From assembly GCF_009914755.1 (NCBI RefSeq), contig NC_060929.1: a stretch of DNA of 64,000 nt, one strand, 5' to 3'. Each line of letters starts with the position of its first letter. Position 1 is the stretch's first letter. Made by a program: the position numbers and the translations under genes. The notes under the pieces were generated by a model that was not told the origin of the DNA, made no database searches, and saw only the letters and a list, made by a program, of their open reading frames with translations. Source of the stretch: the human T2T-CHM13v2.0 reference genome, Homo sapiens. Positions 58,356 to 64,000 of the stretch are shown here, piece by piece.

Positions 58356-59183
58356 CTAAAAAAAGAAAATGGGAAATCAGACCAATTATTCTGGTATAAA
58401 CATATCAATATGCAGATAAACTGGAAATGCCCAACACAGTCCGGGTTATTGCAATGTAACCACAAACAAATAACATATCACCTTTATTGAAGTTAAGAAA
58501 CATTTTCCTCATCTTTCCCATAAATTAAAAAAAATAAAATAAAGAGGAAAAGAACAGGGAGAAAGGAAAGAAATGGAAGGAAGACAATACTGTCTATGTG
58601 ACAATCTTTCCATAAAATAGTCAGTTTTGGGGGATACCATATAGTCTACAATTTTTAATTTAAACTTAAAAGAATTTTTAAATTAGAAATTAATAGCAGG
58701 TTTGTGAATTGGAATTTGGTGTATACTTTTAATTTAAAATAAAAATCTATCATTTTGTGACCCTTTACATAGATCCACGGATAGTGGGCATTGATTATCA
58801 GTCTCTATCGTGAAATAATAGTGTGAAACTATCACACACTTGTAGAATTTACACATTATTTCCTACCAGGCTCTACCAGACTCCAAAGGTGAGATTTGAG
58901 TTCTAAAACACAAAAATGATTCAAGGTATTTGGCATCTTAACATGTGTATTTTTTTAAATCCACTGCAATTCTATTGGAATAGGCACATTTTGGAGTGGA
59001 TAGGAATCATTACCCAAAAAAATGTCTGAAAAAGTATAATTTAAAGTGATGCTCTCCAGCACTTTATCTGACAATTAGGCATTTTAAATGAGCATTTTAA
59101 ATAAATATTTTGAAGTCTCATGTATGGGCAGTTAGTTTAACTGATATCCAAGTAGGTGGAACACTTCCATCTGTGAGTCTTAC

Positions 59184-59318
59184 CAGTTTAGAAAGATTCA
59201 TGTCCCGTAGTACACGCATGACAATCGTGGACTCCGTATCCATTGGATTGGCTCTTTTTGCTGCTCCCAAGGTCCGAAGAACTGACAGAATGTTACGCAG
59301 GCCAAAGTCATAATGAAC
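59184..59318 (-). CDS. DNAH5: DNAH5 coding exon (~exon 39), end of AAA1 module
   Basis: 135 nt, ctctag|...|gtaag; [45 protein letters not shown], includes the conserved dynein HYDFGLR motif. Confidence 0.96.
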
Positions 59319-59939
59319 CTAGAGAATGTGAGATACATTGGGCTTATTTTCAACATTAAAATACTTGCAGAAGCCATATGAATCTGACAGAAATTATATT
59401 CACAATAATGAATAAATGCTGATTTTCCTTCAGAAAATGCATACACACAATGGGGTAAAATATTTCTATATAGATATACGTTTTGAGCAAATAGGGAATA
59501 TCCCAAAGAGTCCTCCCATGTGCCATCATTAGCTTAAGCCCTTAGATCAGAACTAGCTGCTACAGCTTGGCAGGGAAAAAGGAATAAATTTCTTCTTGGA
59601 ATACAGACATCCCTTTGAGCTTATTCTTAATCAATCATACATAAGGAAATTTGCTCATATCTCTACAGTTAAAATTCAGAACCAGAATTAAACTGGGACT
59701 GCACTCATGACTGTCATATACATAGAGATATATGTGCCTTTTTCGTGATAAGTAAGAAGACAGGAGAATCAGGGAGAAAAAAAGCACCTGCGCTTCAGGA
59801 TTACCTGAAGGAGGAAGGATAAGGACAAATTAGAAAGCTAAGCCCCCAGCTTTGTCATTCCCTTACTAAATATTTACAAAAGCTCAATTATGTCAAATTT
59901 CAGCATATATAAAGTGAATAATCAAAATTTATTTATCCA

Positions 59940-60331
59940 ATTATTGTGAAAAACAGTAAGGTGGTTCCTCAAAAAATTAAAAACGGAACGATATGATCCA
60001 GCACTCCCAATTCTGGGTATATAGCCAAAAGAATTGAAAGAATGTGCCAGGCACAATGGCTTACACCCATAATCCCAGCATTTTGGAAGACCAAGTGGGG
60101 CAGATCACTTAAGGCCAGGAGTTCGAGACCAGCCTGGCCAACATGATGAAACCCCATCTCTACCAAAAAATTACAAAAATTAACCAAGTGTGGTGGTGTG
60201 CACCTGTGATCCCAGCTACTCAGGAGGCTGAGGCATGAGAATCACTTAAACCCAGGAAGCAGAGGTTGCAGTGAGCCGAGATAGCACTTGCACTCCAGCC
60301 TGGGCAACAGAGCAAGACTCTGTCTTGCAAA

Positions 60332-60362
<31 letters not shown>

Positions 60363-60870
60363 AAAAGCATGGTCTCAAAGAGATAGCAGCATATCCATGT
60401 TCATAGCAGCACCATTCATGATAGCCAAGAGGTGGAAGCAACCCAAATGTCCATTGACAGACGAATGGATAAACAAAATGTGGTATATACATATAACAAT
60501 ATTATTTAGCCATAAAAAGAAAGGACATCCTGTCACATGCTAAAACATGAATGAACCTTGAGGACATTACGCTAAGTAAAATATGGCAGTCACAAAAAAT
60601 CAAATATTATATGATTTCATTTATATGAACTATTGGCAATAGTCAAATTCATAGAAACAGAAAGTAGAATGATGGTTACCAGGAGCTAAGGGAAGAGAAA
60701 AAGAGAAGTTGTTGTTTAGTGGGCACAGAGTTTCAGTTTTTCAAGATGAAAAAGTTACAGAGATCTATTTCACAACATTGTGAATATACTCAACATTATT
60801 GAATTGTACACTAAAAATGGTTAAGATAGTAAATTTAATTTTATATGCTTTTACCACAACAAAAAAAATG
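59940..60870 (+). mobile_element. L1MB-type 3' fragment interrupted by an Alu
   Basis: ggttcctcaaaaaattaaa...atatgatccagca...gttcatagcagcaccattcat...gagtttcagtttttcaagatgaaaaagtt. Confidence 0.85.
60045..60364 (+). mobile_element. AluJ/old AluS element
   Basis: Full dimer with (TAAA)n tail; TSD aaag(a/c)atg. Confidence 0.9.
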
Positions 60871-61348
60871 TATAGGAAAAAACTACAGTCTTCTGCTAAG
60901 GTAATTGGGAGCAGTATGCCTCACTTAAGACTAGTCATTTGGAAGATGGAGCACATAAAAAATATTCAAATTGAGTTTCCACCTTCAGGGAATTTAAATT
61001 CTAATAAAGATAATAAAATAGAAATGTGAATAAACTTGTATAAAAGTAACAATGACTTAAAAGTGTTGGTGAGTAAACTTAATCATGGGAAACTTCCTAT
61101 CAGTGTTGGATGCAGTTAAATCTGTGGGCATGAAGGGAAAGTCACAGAATGTTCACCAAGACATCAGTATGAGTCCAACTATTTTGCACACATTGATGTA
61201 TTACATTTCACTATGATCTTGTGAACATGGGTGGTAGGAGTGAGGGAAGTAGTGAAGTGGTAGTGAAGATAAGAGCAGGAGCCAGTGATGTGGGAAGTTT
61301 TCTCCATTCAAGAAACAGCATGGAAAAAATATTTATTTGAAAGATAAG

Positions 61349-63677
61349 TGATATGGTTTGGCTGTGTCCCCACCCAAATCTCATCCTGAATTGTAGTCCC
61401 CATAATCCCCATGTGTCGTGGGAGGGACCAGGTGGAGGTAATGAATCATGGGGGTGGCTACCTCATGCTGTTCTCATAATAGTAAGTGAGTTCTCATAAG
61501 ATCTGATGGTTTTATAAGGGGCTTTTCCCCCTCTTCACTCAGCACTTCTCCTTCCTGACACCACATGAAGAAGAATGTGTTGCTTCCCCTTCTGCCACAA
61601 TTGTAAGCTTCCTGAGGCCTTCTCAGCCATGCTGAAGTGTGATTCAATTAAACCTCTTTCCTTTGTAAATTACCCAGTCTCAGGTATGTCTTTATTAGCA
61701 ACAGGAGAACAGACTAGTAAATTGGTGCCACATAGAGTGGGGTGCTACTATAAAGATACCTGAAAATGTGGAAGCAACTTTGGAACTGGGTAACAGGCAG
61801 AGGTTGGAACAGTTTGGATGGCTCAGAAGAAGACTGAAGAAATGTGGGAAAGTTTGGAACTTCCTAGAGACTTAGAGGGCTCAGAAGACAAGAAGACATG
61901 AAAACGTTTGCAACTTCCTAGAGACTTGTTGAATGGCTTTGAGCAAAACACTGAGAGTTATATGGACAGTGATTTCCGGCTGAGGTGGTCTCAGATAAAG
62001 ATGGGGAACTTGTTGGGAACTGGAGTGAAGGTCACTGTTGCTATACAAAGAGACTGGCAGCATTTTGCCCCTGTCCCAGACATCTGTGAAACTTTGAACT
62101 TGAGAGAAATAATTTAGGGTATCTGGTGGAAGAAATTTCTAAGCGGCAAAGCTTTCAAGAGGAAGCAGAGCATAAAAGTTTTGAAACTTTGTGCCCAATG
62201 ATGCAATGGAAAGGAAAACACCATTTTCTGAGGAGAAATTAAGCCAGCTGCATAAATTTGCGTAAGTAATGAGGATTTGAATGTTAATCACCAAGACAAT
62301 GGAGAAAATGTCTCCAGAGCATGTTAGAGACTTTCATGGCAGCCCCTCCCCATCACAGGCCCAGAGGCCTAAGAGGAAAAATGGTTTCCTGGGCCAGGTC
62401 CAGGGTCCCCCTGCTGTGTGTAGGCATGGGACTTGGTGCCCTGCATCCCAGCCGCTCCAGCTGAGGCTAACAGGAGCCAGCATATAGCTCAGGCCATTGC
62501 TTCAAAGGGTGCAAGCCCCAAGCTCTGACAGTTTCCACATGGTGCTGGGCCTGCAGGTGTGCAGAAGACAAGAATTGAGGTTTGGGAACCTCCACCTAGA
62601 TTTCAGAGGATGTATGGAAACACCAAGATGTCCAGGCAGAAGTTTCCTGCGTGGGTGGAGCCCTCATGGAGAACCTCTGCTAGAGCAGTGCAGAAGGGAA
62701 ATGTGGGATTGGAGCCCCCACACAGAGTCCCCACTGAGACACTGCCTAATGGAGCTGTGAGAAAAGGACCACCATCCTTCAGATGCCAGAATGGTAGATC
62801 CACTGACAGCTTGTACTGTGCACCTAGAAAAGCCACAGACACTCAACATCAGGCCATGAAAGCAGCCAGGAGCGTGGCTGTACCCTGAAAAGCCACAGGC
62901 GTGGAGCTGCCCAAGGCTTTAGGAGCCCACCTCTTGCATCAGCAGGTCTGGATGTGAGACATGGAGTCAAAGCAGATCATTTTGGAAATTTAAGGTTTAA
63001 TTACTGCCTTATTGAATTTTGGACTTGCATGAGGCCTGTAGCCTCTTTGTTTTGGCCAATTTCTCCCATTTGGAACAGGTATATTTACCCAATGCCTGTA
63101 CCCCCATTGTATCTAGGGAGTAACTAACTTGCTTTTGATTTTACAGGCTCATAGGTAGAGGGGACTTGCCTTGTCTCAGATGAGACTTTGGACTTAGACT
63201 TTTGAGTTAATGCTGGAATGAGTTAAGACTTTGAGGGACTGTTGGAAGGGCACGACTGTATTATGAATTGTGAGGACATGAGATCTTGAAGGGGCCAGGG
63301 GCAAAATGATATGATTCAGCTGTGTTCCCACCCAAATCTCATCCCGAAGTGTAGTTCCATAATCCCCACATGTCACTAGAGGATCCCAGTGGAAGGTAAT
63401 TTAATCATAGGGGCGGTTACCCTCATGTTGCTCTCATGATAGTGAGTTCTCATGAGATCTGACGGTTTTATAAGGGGCTTTTCCCCCTCTTCACTCAACA
63501 CTTCTCCTTCCTGCCACCATGTGAAAAGGACGTGTTTGCTTCCCCTTCCACCATGATTGTAAGTTTCCTGAGGCCTTCCCAGCCATGCTGAAGTGTGATT
63601 CAATTAAACCTCTTTCCTTTATAAATTAACCAGTCTCAGGTATGTCTTTATTAGCAGCATGAGAACAGACTAATACA
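61349..63677 (+). mobile_element. Near full-length THE1 (THE1D-like) MaLR provirus: 5' LTR 61349-~61716, internal region, 3' LTR 63307-63677
   Basis: Two matching LTRs, THE1-int body (gatacctgaaaatgtggaagcaactttggaactgggtaacaggcagagg), PPT ggggccagggg before the 3' LTR, perfect 5-bp TSD ATAAG (61344-61348 and 63678-63682). Confidence 0.95.
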
Positions 63678-64000
63678 ATAAGAATGAGTGAGTAAGGGCT
63701 CCAATAAGCAGAAGAAACCAAGAATGTTGGGAGACAAAATGTTAGGGTCAGACTAACCAGAAAGGCTCAATGGCCAGAGCCAGAAGAGTCTGTGTGTGTC
63801 TGAACACTCATAGGAAAAGAACTTTTTAGTAGGAATGTAATTAGGTTGAACCTGTGGGTATAAAAAGTAATAAAGATTCAAAGAAGCTTGAAATTAAAGC
63901 CTAAGTGATAAGATGGAACAAAGATTATATATGTTAGGAAGTGTTATTCACGTTATAGTCTCATGTTTATTGCACTGTGTCATTATTTAGCATATATTTC

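Noticed and set aside
61845-61930. Direct repeats ggctcagaaga...gtttg.aacttcctagagactt
   Set aside because: Repeated segment inside the THE1 internal region; no independent significance evident
61575-63603. Several ORFs within the THE1 element
   Set aside because: Short broken frames of MaLR LTR and internal sequence; no intact gag or pol

Overview
This is human or closely related primate genomic DNA lying entirely inside DNAH5 (axonemal outer-arm dynein heavy chain 5), encoded on the minus strand. I traced 21 consecutive GT-AG coding exons from 59318 down to 1005. All splice phases are compatible and they join into one stop-free 3657-nt ORF (1219 aa). It covers the end of AAA1, AAA2 (GPSGAGKT), AAA3 (GEQGTAKT), AAA4 (GVGGSGKQ), the first stalk coiled coil and the start of the microtubule-binding domain. 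By recalled RefSeq numbering these are about exons 39-59 (aa ~2149-3367). The introns are AT-rich and full of ordinary primate repeats: Alus, a 3.2-kb 5'-truncated L1PA, older L1M/L2/MIR, MaLR LTRs including a near full-length THE1 provirus with a perfect TSD, MER21, MER20, MER1A and Tigger4. I found no evidence of a new gene system. The best leads are all inferences needing data. (i) One exon is an isolated ~74% GC, CpG-dense island; it carries a hairpin-masked cryptic donor and is flanked by an RFX X-box/forkhead motif pair. (ii) Several latent splice signals are present. (iii) There is a 51-bp x4 minisatellite with dimeric structure. (iv) Antisense MaLR LTRs carry intact DUX4 motifs. (v) The haplotype appears to carry the L2862F allele. 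Repeat subfamily names and exon numbers come from recognition or memory, not from a database search.
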